The notes beneath the pieces are model-generated. The model saw only the letters and a program-made list of their open reading frames with translations, did no database searches and was not told the DNA's origin. A program made the translations under genes and the position numbers. DNA of 64,000 nucleotides from a virus (Duplodnaviria > Caudoviricetes). Position 1 is the stretch's first letter. Every line of letters begins with the position of its first letter. Shown here one piece after another: positions 9,512-19,351 of the stretch. The stretch covers positions 64,001 through 128,000 of the IMG/VR virus record IMGVR_UViG_3300034161_000008; one strand, written 5' to 3'.

Positions 9512-10126
9512 ATGGCGAACAATATTCCACCACCGGGACTCCGAGGGATTTACACGCTCCTGGAACCCTTCAAGGCAAAGCTGCTGGATAAGGTGGCCTA
9601 CACCTGCGTATCGACTCGGGGCATCAACGAGCTGATCAATAGCGGCATCGACGTGTTCTCGGTGTACTACCAGCCGAACAACATCCCTCAGGAGAAGTAC
9701 AACGAAGACATCGTCAATGGAATGATGATCGTTACGTTCCAAGCGGGTGCTGGTGTTTGGTTGGATGTTCCTTCTACCTACATCGACGGCCTGCCTGATC
9801 TGAACGGGATTCCGTACAGCCCTCTGGTTGTGGCATTGCGCTTAGGCGCAGTCGCCGACAGCTCTGACCTTTCTTACTTGCAGTCGCGTTTGGAAGGGGT
9901 GGTTAAAGAGGAGCTCGGAATCGTCGTGACTTCTGAGCTGGTGTTGGTCGGTCAGCAGACTTTGGTGTCTGATGCGGATCACAAGCTGGTTGAGGCGTCT
10001 CGCGATGTCAACAAGGCAGCAGCTGATACCGACTACTCCAAGTACCTGGCCGAGAAAACTCGAGCAGATGCACTGGCGTTGAAGGTTACTCAGCTGGAAG
10101 ACTACATCAAGTCTAAAGGCCTGTAA
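9512..10126 (+). CDS. Conserved jumbo-phage protein, probably virion-associated
   Basis: Co-transcribed with the upstream structural gene; C-terminal coiled coil. Confidence 0.65.
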   Translation: MANNIPPPGLRGIYTLLEPFKAKLLDKVAYTCVSTRGINELINSGIDVFSVYYQPNNIPQEKYNEDIVNGMMIVTFQAGAGVWLDVPSTYIDGLPDLNGIPYSPLVVALRLGAVADSSDLSYLQSRLEGVVKEELGIVVTSELVLVGQQTLVSDADHKLVEASRDVNKAAADTDYSKYLAEKTRADALALKVTQLEDYIKSKGL

Positions 10127-10127
10127 G

Positions 10128-10163
10128 GGCATAGAGCCGGGGCTGGTCCCCGGCCTTATGCTG
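10128..10163. terminator. CATA-hairpin-TATG element between convergent genes
   Basis: ggcataga GCCGGGG ctggt CCCCGGC cttatgc. Confidence 0.75.
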
Positions 10164-10165
10164 TC

Positions 10166-11023
10166 TCACACGTTCGGAGCAGAAATCGGCGCAACCGAAG
10201 TCACTTTGCCTGCTGTGAAATTACCAGTCACTTCGCCATTACCGTTCACCAAGAAGTCACCAGTCACAGCCATGTTACCGGTCTGTGTGTAGTTACCCTT
10301 CAAGGTGAAGTTGCCGTCGAGGTTGAAGTCGCCTTTCCAGTTCGTGGTTGGGCAAGTCCAAGTCGTCGTACCGCCAGCAATGCCCGTGACGTCCTGACCT
10401 TCCATCCGAATGGTCGTGCCCTTGTAGTTCTTGGACTCGATCAACCCAGTGGCAGATTCAATGGTGACGTAGTTGCCCAGAGAGTCAGTCACGAGGAACT
10501 TGGACTCTTTGGTGTTCAGCTGCATGTCCCACTCGTTGGGCTCGTTGTTCGCCGCCGAGGTGTGCAGAGCAACCAAACCATCGTGAGTCGAGATCTCCAG
10601 ATAGTACGTGTTGGTAGCATCGGGATTGGCGGCTTCGTCACTGCTACCGGAGAATGCGTAGATCACAGTCTCCAGTTTCATCAGGTGGTCATCCAGTCCC
10701 AGCTCGGACCAGTAGTATTGCGGGTCGTTAGCGAACTGCAAGATTCGCACTTTCGTACCACGACGAACATCTGGTGGCATGACTCGGTTAGAGCCCTGTG
10801 GGAGCCATGTAGCTGGAACCGTACCGGTACTGGTCAGAGTTGCATCAAACGCCCTACCGTCGACGCCAAGGCCTGCAACGGCCTGTGTATCTGCGTTGTC
10901 GGTCAACTCACCGTCCAAGAACGGAGAAATCTCGCTGAGCACCACTTCCACGACTTTACTGGAGCGGGCTTTGTTGACAGCCACCACACCGATCGATACA
11001 TCTTCCAATGCACTGACTTTCAT
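10166..11023 (-). CDS. Baseplate central spike-like protein (gp5/GpV-type OB-fold plus beta-helix)
   Basis: N-terminal PATWLP.GSNRVMPPDVRRGTKVRIL...YYW and C-terminal G-x-x-x-x-x-G beta repeats (GDFNLDGNFTLKGNYTQTGNMAVTG). Confidence 0.7.
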   Translation of the reverse strand: MKVSALEDVSIGVVAVNKARSSKVVEVVLSEISPFLDGELTDNADTQAVAGLGVDGRAFDATLTSTGTVPATWLPQGSNRVMPPDVRRGTKVRILQFANDPQYYWSELGLDDHLMKLETVIYAFSGSSDEAANPDATNTYYLEISTHDGLVALHTSAANNEPNEWDMQLNTKESKFLVTDSLGNYVTIESATGLIESKNYKGTTIRMEGQDVTGIAGGTTTWTCPTTNWKGDFNLDGNFTLKGNYTQTGNMAVTGDFLVNGNGEVTGNFTAGKVTSVAPISAPNV

Positions 11024-11091
11024 TATAAACCCCACAAAGTTAAAAATACCTGACCTAGCTATCTTTTGCAGACTGGCTAAGGGCTAATCAA

Positions 11092-13578
11092 ATGCGTATC
11101 ACTCTTTTAGAGCTGGTAGACTTTAAATGTTTGTTCAAAAGTAACATCCAACATTTCAAGTTCAAACCTTCAGAGGTCTATCAACTTATTCTCGGTACAA
11201 ACGGTAGTGGTAAGTCCTCAGTAATGAGTGAACTCACCCCATGGCCATCTGATCCAAATGACTTCACCAAAGAAGGCTACAAGGCTATAGAACTAGTCGC
11301 ACGAGGGTCTAAATACAGACTCACGTCAGAATTCAGAAAGAAGGTTACTCACACGTTCGAGAAGGATGGTGAGGAGCTGAATCCAGGAGGTACAACCTCC
11401 GTCCAGAAACAACTCTGTACACAACATTTCGCAGTTACTCAGGAAACACAGGACCTGTTGATGGACCGTGAGCGGTTCACCAAGATGAAGCCTGCTGAGA
11501 AACGCCAGTGGTTCACTCGACTGTCGGACACCAACTACGATTTCGCTATCGATGTCTACAACAAACTCTCCAAAGAGGGTCGAGACGTAGAAGGGGATCT
11601 GCGTCGTACCAAGTCCCGGCTGGTGACAGAGATTGAAAAGGTCATCACCAAGGAAGAGGAAGAGCGTCTAGAGATCGAAGTCAATGCACTGGACGACGAA
11701 ATCAAACGCCTGCTGAGCGAACACAATCCTCGCTTCGACAAACCCCACACCTTCGCTGAGAAACGTGCCAAGCACTTGGAGAAGATCGCTCAGTTCGCAC
11801 TGAAGATCCTCAAGACTCAGATCGTGGCTCCAGAAGGCTCCACAGCCAACTGCATCCAAGACATTGACGATATTGTCTACGACCTGAACACCAAGCTTTC
11901 AATGCATGAAGGCGAGCTCAACATCCACGTCAAAACTCACGACAAGCTTGAGAAAGCTGTCAGTGCTTTGCGTCAGGCTGGTGCTGAGGGCATTACCGCT
12001 CTACGCAACAAACTCGAACCTTTGCGGGTAGAGCGTGACAGCTGGTATAAGAAACAACGCCTGCAACTGGTGATACCCAACCCGGAAGAAGCTCAACGCG
12101 CTCTGGAGACGGTATGGGACTCTCTGGAGGCATGCTTCGATGCACTGCCACCGAATGAGGATCGTCGCTACTCTCAGGGTCGTTTGGTGCAGCTTCGGGA
12201 AAGTCGTGAAGCACGAACCAAGGACATTGATCAGGGTCGCCTGAACATTGCCAAACTGGTTGCCCGTCGCGAACACATGGAGGCTCACAAAGCTCAAGCT
12301 GGTTTGACGTGCCCTAAGTGTCACCACAGTTGGGTGTCTGGTTTCAGTGACGAGCATTACGCCAAGTGTATCGCTAACATCGAGACGCTGAGCGAAGCCA
12401 ACAAGTTACTGGAACAAGAAGTCAGCGAGATCGACGAACAGATCGATGGTGTCGTTAACTACGCCAACACCTACCGTGAGTTCACTCGCATCTCCCAGAA
12501 CTGGCCTGCACTGATGCCACTGTGGGATTACTTGGCGGAAGAGAAGCTGGTTATCAACTTCCCATCCAAAGCCAAGGGCGTGTTGTCGATCTTCCAAGCT
12601 GATCTGGTCCATGCACAAAGCGCAGTGCGTTGTGAGCGTGAACTTGAAGAGATCCAGCGAATCATCTCCGCAGCTTCTGAGTCTGAAGATGAGAACTTAG
12701 AAGACGCGCTAGATGAACTGGCAACGGTTGAAGCATTGGTCCACGAGATCACTGACCGTATCCAGACCATTCGCAAACAGATCTCTCTGTACGCTGGCTA
12801 CAAATACCAACTGGCAGAAGTGGGCGAAGCGAACGTTACGATCATTCGCATGATGGAAGAGTCTCAGACCCACACTGAGCAAGAGATAGAAGCGAGCTAC
12901 CACCAACTGCTGAGTTCGATGATTTCGAACGCCACGCACACGATGGTGAAGAAGCGCGACAGTCTGCAAAACGTTCGTCAGCAACGGGCAGTCGTCCGTG
13001 CTTTGGAACAACAGATTGAAGACGCTACCGCTGACGATCAAGCGTACAAAGCGCTGATCAAAGAACTCTCGCCAAAGGAAGGTCTGATCGCAGAAGGCTT
13101 GCTCGGATTCATTCGCAATTTTACTGGACAGATGAATCATCTGATTCACAAAATCTGGACGTACCCTTTGCAAGTTCGTCCGTGCGGTGGTGAAGTCGAA
13201 GGCAGTGCTGACCTCGATTACAAGTTCCCAATGATGGTGTCCTCTAAAACGAATATCGTCCCTGACGTTAATCGTGGTTCCAGTGGGCAGCAAGAGATTG
13301 TGAACTTGGCGTTCAAGGTTGTGTCCATGCGCTATATGGGCATGGCTGACTTCCCTCTGTTCCTCGATGAGTTTGGGGCTTCGTTTGACGAGGCTCACCG
13401 TAACAGCGCAATGGCTGTGGTCAAGACGCTGATGGAGCAGCAAAGCTTCTCTCAACTGTTTATGGTTTCTCACTACGAGGGCAACCACGGCGCACTCACT
13501 AATGCCGAAGTCATGGTGCTCTGCCCACAGAACATCACCGTACCCGCCAAATACAACCAACATGTTGAATTGAACTAG
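11092..13578 (+). CDS. sbcC: SbcC/Rad50-like SMC ATPase (phiKZ gp165-like)
   Basis: Walker A GTNGSGKSS, central coiled coil with zinc hook CPKC, signature RGSSGQQE, Walker B/D-loop PLFLDEFGASFD and H-loop FMVSH. Confidence 0.93.
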   Translation: MRITLLELVDFKCLFKSNIQHFKFKPSEVYQLILGTNGSGKSSVMSELTPWPSDPNDFTKEGYKAIELVARGSKYRLTSEFRKKVTHTFEKDGEELNPGGTTSVQKQLCTQHFAVTQETQDLLMDRERFTKMKPAEKRQWFTRLSDTNYDFAIDVYNKLSKEGRDVEGDLRRTKSRLVTEIEKVITKEEEERLEIEVNALDDEIKRLLSEHNPRFDKPHTFAEKRAKHLEKIAQFALKILKTQIVAPEGSTANCIQDIDDIVYDLNTKLSMHEGELNIHVKTHDKLEKAVSALRQAGAEGITALRNKLEPLRVERDSWYKKQRLQLVIPNPEEAQRALETVWDSLEACFDALPPNEDRRYSQGRLVQLRESREARTKDIDQGRLNIAKLVARREHMEAHKAQAGLTCPKCHHSWVSGFSDEHYAKCIANIETLSEANKLLEQEVSEIDEQIDGVVNYANTYREFTRISQNWPALMPLWDYLAEEKLVINFPSKAKGVLSIFQADLVHAQSAVRCERELEEIQRIISAASESEDENLEDALDELATVEALVHEITDRIQTIRKQISLYAGYKYQLAEVGEANVTIIRMMEESQTHTEQEIEASYHQLLSSMISNATHTMVKKRDSLQNVRQQRAVVRALEQQIEDATADDQAYKALIKELSPKEGLIAEGLLGFIRNFTGQMNHLIHKIWTYPLQVRPCGGEVEGSADLDYKFPMMVSSKTNIVPDVNRGSSGQQEIVNLAFKVVSMRYMGMADFPLFLDEFGASFDEAHRNSAMAVVKTLMEQQSFSQLFMVSHYEGNHGALTNAEVMVLCPQNITVPAKYNQHVELN

Positions 13579-13586
13579 GAGTTGAC

Positions 13587-14339
13587 ATGAGTCACGTTGA
13601 AGACACTATCACTAAGCTGGAATCGCTGCGCCGCATCGCCGGTGCTTTGCATAACGACATCGAAGGCCTGCTGGAAGACCTGAAAGTCTCCTCGGCACCT
13701 GCGCTGATCGACACGCCGCTGGTACACACCCACGCCCCTGCTGTAGATCTTCCGTACGTTCAAGACCCGGTCAACCCAACTGGCCAAGTCCGCGATGCTT
13801 TCCATTCGGCGAAACCACCAGTCGACGATCCGAAACGCACCCTGCAACCAGTTCGCCGCGAAGCCGTCATCCATCAAGCCGGTCGTCAACCACAACCGCT
13901 GGGCGATGCAGTTGAAGAACTGCTCAGCGCCGTTGAAGCCAATGCTGCCAGCCAGCGCGGTCCAAAGTCTCCGGGTGAAGTGCTAACTCAGTACATGTCG
14001 CCTGCAATCCTGACCGGCGGCCGTGGTTTCGTACAGCCCGGTGCCAGTGGTCTGAAACGTTATCGCGAAACGCTGCTGAACAACGATGACCTCAAACCCG
14101 ACGAACTGGTAACCTACCCTGACGGTTTCTACTCCGCCGACCCACAAGGTCAAGACGAGTTCTTCATCAAGACCCCGAACTTCATGGTTCTGGTCCACGG
14201 CCTGCGTAGCACTCCTGGTCTGCTAGTGTTCCTGCGCAGCAGCATGGGTGAAGCGGTTGATCAGGGTTCTCTGTCCCTGGGCGAGCGTCTGCAACTGTCG
14301 CAAGAGCTGGACGTCGTTCTGTCATCCCTGCCGGAATAA
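13587..14339 (+). CDS. Hypothetical protein with Pro-rich linker
   Basis: RBS AGGAG before the ATG; N-terminal helix, Pro-rich middle and globular C-terminus. Confidence 0.75.
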   Translation: MSHVEDTITKLESLRRIAGALHNDIEGLLEDLKVSSAPALIDTPLVHTHAPAVDLPYVQDPVNPTGQVRDAFHSAKPPVDDPKRTLQPVRREAVIHQAGRQPQPLGDAVEELLSAVEANAASQRGPKSPGEVLTQYMSPAILTGGRGFVQPGASGLKRYRETLLNNDDLKPDELVTYPDGFYSADPQGQDEFFIKTPNFMVLVHGLRSTPGLLVFLRSSMGEAVDQGSLSLGERLQLSQELDVVLSSLPE

Positions 14340-14380
14340 GGCATAGAGCCCCAGCCCTAAAAAGGCTGGGGCTTATGACG
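14340..14380. terminator. CATA-hairpin-TATG element between convergent genes
   Basis: ggcataga GCCCCAGCC ctaaaaa GGCTGGGGC ttatgac. Confidence 0.75.
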
Positions 14381-15613
14381 TCAAACGTCTTTGCAGATCT
14401 TCATGAAGAAGGCTGGCGAGATTTCGTCTGGCCGGTACGGGTAGCGGCTGTTGTCGATGTTGCGCTGAGCCATTGCGTCTACAGTTTGGAAGTTGTAGTT
14501 CGGGATCAGCGATTCCTGAATGTGAACAGACCACTGGGTGTCTTCGTAGACGTACCAGTATTCAGAGATCTTACCGAAGCCCACCCGCAACGGCCAAATA
14601 GGAGGCACGTGTGAAACGTACATCCCCGGCAACTGAGCGTTCTCAAGCTTGGACAGCTCAACGTACAGATCGTTGGTATCCACCACCACAAAGAAGCTCT
14701 GTGGTAGGGTGGCGTATGCCTCGATGAAAGCATCGGACTTCAGATCAGCAACCGAGAGTTCAAACTTGTTGCGCTCATTCTTCTCGTATGGCAGCGAGGA
14801 GAAGTCCAGAAACGGTTCCGACTCGTAGAAGCGCTTAGCCATCGGATAGTTCTGGAAGTCGATGCAATACTGGTGATCGCCCACTCGGTAGTAGGTGTTG
14901 TCCAGTACGTGCAGATAACCACCCAACACCAACAGCATCGTGCGATCACCAATGTCTTTGCCGATGTCGATGTACGTCTGTTGCGAGTACAGTCCGTCCG
15001 GCGACTGTTTATAGAGCATTTCCTTGGTGATAGGAATCAGCTCCAGTTCACCGACTTCACGGAAACTGTGGACGCCCACTTGAGCTTCCAAAGACTTCTG
15101 GCGAGAGACATCACCTTTCATTACACGAATGCCTTTGTAAGCTTTGTCCGTGACGTGAAAGAAGCCGTTGACCGAAACCAGACAGTTCTTAACGAACAGA
15201 TCAACATCCAGTCCGGACTTGGTCAGATACAACGAAGTCTTGGCACCCGGTGGCAGTTCCGTGTCCGGCGCGAACAGGTCGTGGATCGGCGCTACGGTGT
15301 AACCTGCGTGGAATGCATCGGCGTAACGAACGAACGTCGTGTCGATCTTTGGGATCGTGTCAGACGTCGGTAAAGTGAGGTTGCCGTTGGTGACCAGCCA
15401 GTCGGAAAACGTTACATCCAGAGTGCCCACTTTATCCCGAATGTCGGCAAAATCCAAAGACACTGGAGCGTCCAGAAAACTGTTGGTTAGAACAGCGAAG
15501 ACTTTGGAATAAAGAGAGTAAATTTGGATGAAGGTAAGTGCCGAAAGATCAAGGTCTTGCCACCGGGTCTCCCCGTCGATTGGTTTGGCGATTGCGGAGA
15601 CAAGCTGGTACAT
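14381..15613 (-). CDS. Virion structural protein (size and position like phiKZ gp130)
   Basis: 410 aa, divergent from the tail-fibre genes; NCLVSVNGFFH-type beta motifs typical of phiKZ-like baseplate proteins. Confidence 0.6.
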   Translation of the reverse strand: MYQLVSAIAKPIDGETRWQDLDLSALTFIQIYSLYSKVFAVLTNSFLDAPVSLDFADIRDKVGTLDVTFSDWLVTNGNLTLPTSDTIPKIDTTFVRYADAFHAGYTVAPIHDLFAPDTELPPGAKTSLYLTKSGLDVDLFVKNCLVSVNGFFHVTDKAYKGIRVMKGDVSRQKSLEAQVGVHSFREVGELELIPITKEMLYKQSPDGLYSQQTYIDIGKDIGDRTMLLVLGGYLHVLDNTYYRVGDHQYCIDFQNYPMAKRFYESEPFLDFSSLPYEKNERNKFELSVADLKSDAFIEAYATLPQSFFVVVDTNDLYVELSKLENAQLPGMYVSHVPPIWPLRVGFGKISEYWYVYEDTQWSVHIQESLIPNYNFQTVDAMAQRNIDNSRYPYRPDEISPAFFMKICKDV

Positions 15614-15688
15614 GGGCCTTCCCTATATGCTATGGTCGGTAGGAATTTATCGCGGAGTCTATACCATTACAGCCTAGGAGCCATCACA

Positions 15689-17860
15689 ATGGCAGTCACT
15701 GATCTCGTAACTCCGTACCCGTTTGATCCCACGGGTGCGCTGTTGTCAAACCTCGTAACGAGTGAGCAACAGATCGTAACACCCCCCAATTTCCGGGATT
15801 TTTACTTCCTGATTCCTAAAGCAGCTCCGTACTTCGGTGACAGCCTTGTAATCACGCTCAAAGACCTGGAGAACCAATCACGCACACTTAAGGAAGGGGT
15901 GGATTACTACCCGACTCACCGATTCATTTCGGCTTCCCGCGCGACAGCCAAACCGATCTACGGATCGATTACTCTTTTGGACAAAGAGCTGTCTGGCGTA
16001 GTTACGCTCAAGTACCAAACGATTGGTGGTATTTGGACTATCGACGAGCAAACTGCCGCCGAAGTTCTGGCCAACACTCTGCTCAACCCACGGATCACTT
16101 CGTGGGAAGTTGTTGTCGACCAACCGATTGCATTCCCTCCTATCGATCATGAGTGGGATCTGGTCGATATGGTGGGTGCAACTGAGATGGTTGAAGCAAT
16201 CGACCGTATCACTGCTGCACTGAACGAATCCGGCGGCAATGCCATCACGCAACACATTGCTGACCTCCAAAACCCGCATAAGACCACAGCCACGCAAGTA
16301 GGCCTCGGTAACGTGCAGAACTACGCGATCGCTACCGACCCAGAAGCGACGGCTGGACTGCGCAACGACGTTTACATGACTGCCCTGCGAGTGAAATCTG
16401 CAATCTCGTTCCAGGCTGGTGCTTTGCTCAAGAACCACACTGATGACCACGCGAACCCTCACGTCGTCACCAAGCAACAAGTGGGCTTGGGCGTTGTAGA
16501 CAACTTCGCCACAGCGACCAACACGGAAACTGTAGCAGGTGCTTTGTCGAACCGCTTTACCACTCCGGCTGGCGTTAAGGCTGCGATTGATAACTTCTCC
16601 ACTACGACCTTTGCGTCGCACGTCAACAACAAGCTGAACCCACACGAAGTGGATAAGCTGCAAGTTGGCTTGGCTTTGGTTGAGAACTTTGCACCTGCCG
16701 GTATCAACGATGCCCAAGCCGGTACTCGTAACGACATGTACATGACGCCGCTCCGTGTGCGTCAGGCTATCCAGGCTTTGGCCGGTGGCGACATCGACGT
16801 TCACATTACCGACATGAACAACCCTCACCAGACCACCAAGGCTCAGGTTGGGTTGGGTAGCGTGCAGAACTTTGGTGTGGCGGATTCGCCTACTACCATT
16901 GCCGGTACTTCGGTTAGCCTTTATACCACCCCGAAAGGCGTGGTTGACGCGATCAAGTCTCTGGTGGCCAACGACTACTTCGAGCACAGCATCAACACTG
17001 CAAACCCTCACCAAGTGACGGCTGAGCAAGTAGGTGCGTACACGAAGGCAGCAATCAACACGCTGCTGTCTGGTTATTTGCCCGTTAACGGCAAAGCAGT
17101 AGACAGTCACCTGTTCGATGGCTTGACTACCGATCAGGTTGCTCAGTACGTGTTGCTGGGTAAAGCTGCCAACTCGACGCTCTTCGACGGTCGTGACGTT
17201 GATACCTACAAGGCTTACGTCTTGCAAGGCAAGTCTGCGGACTCGACGTTGTTTGCTGGTCAAACGCTTCAGCAAGTAATTGCTGCTGCCGCTGCCGGTA
17301 GTGACTTCGAACCGTACACCGCTGCTCAGCGCATGCACAGTCTTGCTGCTCTGGTGGGTGCTGAAGCATTCAACTGGACTCCAATTGGCCAAGTTAACTT
17401 CTCGGACAACGTGGACGCAGTAGCTGGCAACCCAGACACCCAGTGGTTTATTGCTGGCGCCGACGACATCGCAGATTTGGCTTCCACCCTTTATTACGTA
17501 CGTTGTTCTGTACGTAACGCAGGTACTGGGGCAGCGCGTCTTTCGGTACAAGTTCTGAACATGGCTGGCGTATCGACTGGCGCTCAATTTGGCTGGACGT
17601 ACGACGCTACTGCCAAAACAGCAACTGTTTATCTGAAGACGGCTAAACGTCGTAACCAGATGACCGTGACTGAGCTGAACAAGGGTGTCGGTGCTGTAAT
17701 TGGTGCTGACAACGTTCTGGTCGTAGAACCTACCGGGATTACTTACGTCGTTGAAGACGGTCTGGCAACCACCAGTCAAATGGCTGCAATGGAAGCTCAG
17801 ATGGCCGATGCGGTCAAAGCGATCTCGCAAGCGTTCACGGGCATGGTGCCAGATGCCTAA
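15689..17860 (+). CDS. Tail fibre protein 1 with NPH repeats (phiKZ gp145/146-like)
   Basis: RBS AGGAG then MAVTDLVTPYPFDPTG; 4 full and 1 partial ~60-aa H..D..NPH..T..QVGLG.V.N repeats; three ~23-aa GKA.DS.LFDG repeats. Confidence 0.8.
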   Translation: MAVTDLVTPYPFDPTGALLSNLVTSEQQIVTPPNFRDFYFLIPKAAPYFGDSLVITLKDLENQSRTLKEGVDYYPTHRFISASRATAKPIYGSITLLDKELSGVVTLKYQTIGGIWTIDEQTAAEVLANTLLNPRITSWEVVVDQPIAFPPIDHEWDLVDMVGATEMVEAIDRITAALNESGGNAITQHIADLQNPHKTTATQVGLGNVQNYAIATDPEATAGLRNDVYMTALRVKSAISFQAGALLKNHTDDHANPHVVTKQQVGLGVVDNFATATNTETVAGALSNRFTTPAGVKAAIDNFSTTTFASHVNNKLNPHEVDKLQVGLALVENFAPAGINDAQAGTRNDMYMTPLRVRQAIQALAGGDIDVHITDMNNPHQTTKAQVGLGSVQNFGVADSPTTIAGTSVSLYTTPKGVVDAIKSLVANDYFEHSINTANPHQVTAEQVGAYTKAAINTLLSGYLPVNGKAVDSHLFDGLTTDQVAQYVLLGKAANSTLFDGRDVDTYKAYVLQGKSADSTLFAGQTLQQVIAAAAAGSDFEPYTAAQRMHSLAALVGAEAFNWTPIGQVNFSDNVDAVAGNPDTQWFIAGADDIADLASTLYYVRCSVRNAGTGAARLSVQVLNMAGVSTGAQFGWTYDATAKTATVYLKTAKRRNQMTVTELNKGVGAVIGADNVLVVEPTGITYVVEDGLATTSQMAAMEAQMADAVKAISQAFTGMVPDA

Positions 17861-17895
17861 CGGCGAGTAAACCAATTCAAAGAAGGGCATCAAGA

Positions 17896-19338
17896 ATGAC
17901 ACCGCTCATCCTTAAGTATCCCCTCGACCTCACGGGCGTCAATCCGAACAACCTGGTCTTGGGTGAGCAACACGATCTCACGCGCCGCAAAGTGCGTGCT
18001 GTCGCAACGAACTATGGGCCCTTTTATACACAGGGGCTAAAGGTTTATGACGCAGCCACCGGGAAGCTTTTGATTCCGGGTACACCTGAGGAAGGTGGTC
18101 AGTACGTTGCGGCTGAACTTTACGAGGAAGCCACTCGTCGTTCGGCAAAAGAAGTCTGTGCAATCATCGTGATTACTGACCAGACGGTTGGTGATTCTAT
18201 CAAACTCGACTACCAAGTCGTGGGTGGTGAGTTCAGTAGCTCCGTGTCTGTCATTGCACAGATGATCGAAGCGCTGAGTCTGGATGATCGACCAATCAAG
18301 TGGGGCGACATTCTGGGTAAACCAGATGCCTTCCCACCTGCTAAGCACTTGCACGACATCGGCGACATCTACGGCTTCGAGTATCTGGTCGATGCTCTGG
18401 AACGTGTGCGTAACGCAATCCTCATGGGTGACGTTGCTTCGCACGATGAGATCTACCGTTACATCGACCACTACGTCGATGACCTGACTGCACAAATCAA
18501 TGCGCAGGCTGGTGCACTGAACGACCACAAGAACGACCACGGTAACCCGCACGTCGTGACAAAAGCCCAAGTTGGTTTGGGTTCGGTCGACAACTTTGCT
18601 ACGGCGACTCAGACTCAGGCCGAACAGGGTACGTTGAACAACCTGTTCATGACTCCGCTGCGTACGTATCAGGCGATTCAGTTTGTGGCCGGTAAGGCAC
18701 TGACTGCTCACTTGGAAGACTTCAACAACCCACACCAAACCACCAAAGCGCAGGTAGGTCTGAGTAACGTTGATAACTTCGCGACAGCTTCTGAAGCAGA
18801 AGCCCGCCAAGGTACTTCCTCGACGCGTTTCATGACTCCGCTGAACGTGGCTCAAGCTATTGCCACTCAAGCGTCCGGTCCACTGAACGCTCACTTGGCA
18901 GATCACAACAACCCTCACGTTGTAACCAAGGCTCAAGTTGGCCTCGGTTCGGTTGATAACTTCGCCACCGCCACTGCTCAACAAGCGGCTGCCGGTACGT
19001 CGACTTCCAACTTCGTGACGCCTGCCGGTGTGAAGGCTTTCGCTGACGCGCAAATCTGGCCGACGCTGAACGCACACATCAACAACCAGTCCAACCCGCA
19101 CAACACGACTGCTGCTCAAGTCGGGGCATACACCCAACAGCAAACCAACGACCTGCTGGCTCAACGCCTGCCAATCGGTGGTACTGCGGTGAACTCCAAC
19201 GCGCTGGGTGGCTACGACATCAACACCGTACTGGCTCTGGCTTATAACCAGATCGGGACCATGGGCAAGCGCAACCTCTACGTATCTCCGGCCGATCCGT
19301 CCGGCGGTGCCAACGGCGACGTTTGGTTCAAGTATTAA
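17896..19338 (+). CDS. Tail fibre protein 2 with NPH repeats
   Basis: Paralogous N-terminus (KYPLDLTGVNPNN); 3 full and 1 partial NPH repeats; fibre-tip C-terminus PSGGANGDVWFKY. Confidence 0.8.
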   Translation: MTPLILKYPLDLTGVNPNNLVLGEQHDLTRRKVRAVATNYGPFYTQGLKVYDAATGKLLIPGTPEEGGQYVAAELYEEATRRSAKEVCAIIVITDQTVGDSIKLDYQVVGGEFSSSVSVIAQMIEALSLDDRPIKWGDILGKPDAFPPAKHLHDIGDIYGFEYLVDALERVRNAILMGDVASHDEIYRYIDHYVDDLTAQINAQAGALNDHKNDHGNPHVVTKAQVGLGSVDNFATATQTQAEQGTLNNLFMTPLRTYQAIQFVAGKALTAHLEDFNNPHQTTKAQVGLSNVDNFATASEAEARQGTSSTRFMTPLNVAQAIATQASGPLNAHLADHNNPHVVTKAQVGLGSVDNFATATAQQAAAGTSTSNFVTPAGVKAFADAQIWPTLNAHINNQSNPHNTTAAQVGAYTQQQTNDLLAQRLPIGGTAVNSNALGGYDINTVLALAYNQIGTMGKRNLYVSPADPSGGANGDVWFKY

Positions 19339-19351
19339 TAGGAGGTGAGTA

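Noticed and set aside
11092-13578. sbcC without adjacent sbcD as an orphan system
   Set aside because: In phiKZ-like phages the SbcD-like nuclease is typically encoded elsewhere, so absence from this window is uninformative.
8157-15634. Isolated TATG tetramers upstream of structural genes (4125, 8157, 15626/15631, 46375 on the minus strand) as late promoters
   Set aside because: Plausible, but a 4-mer occurs by chance about every 256 nt, so these cannot be supported without TSS data.
16241-19140. Periodic DNA repeats as a possible CRISPR or mini-array
   Set aside because: The repeats are degenerate, in-frame and protein-coding (NPH motif); there are no identical direct repeats with unique spacers.
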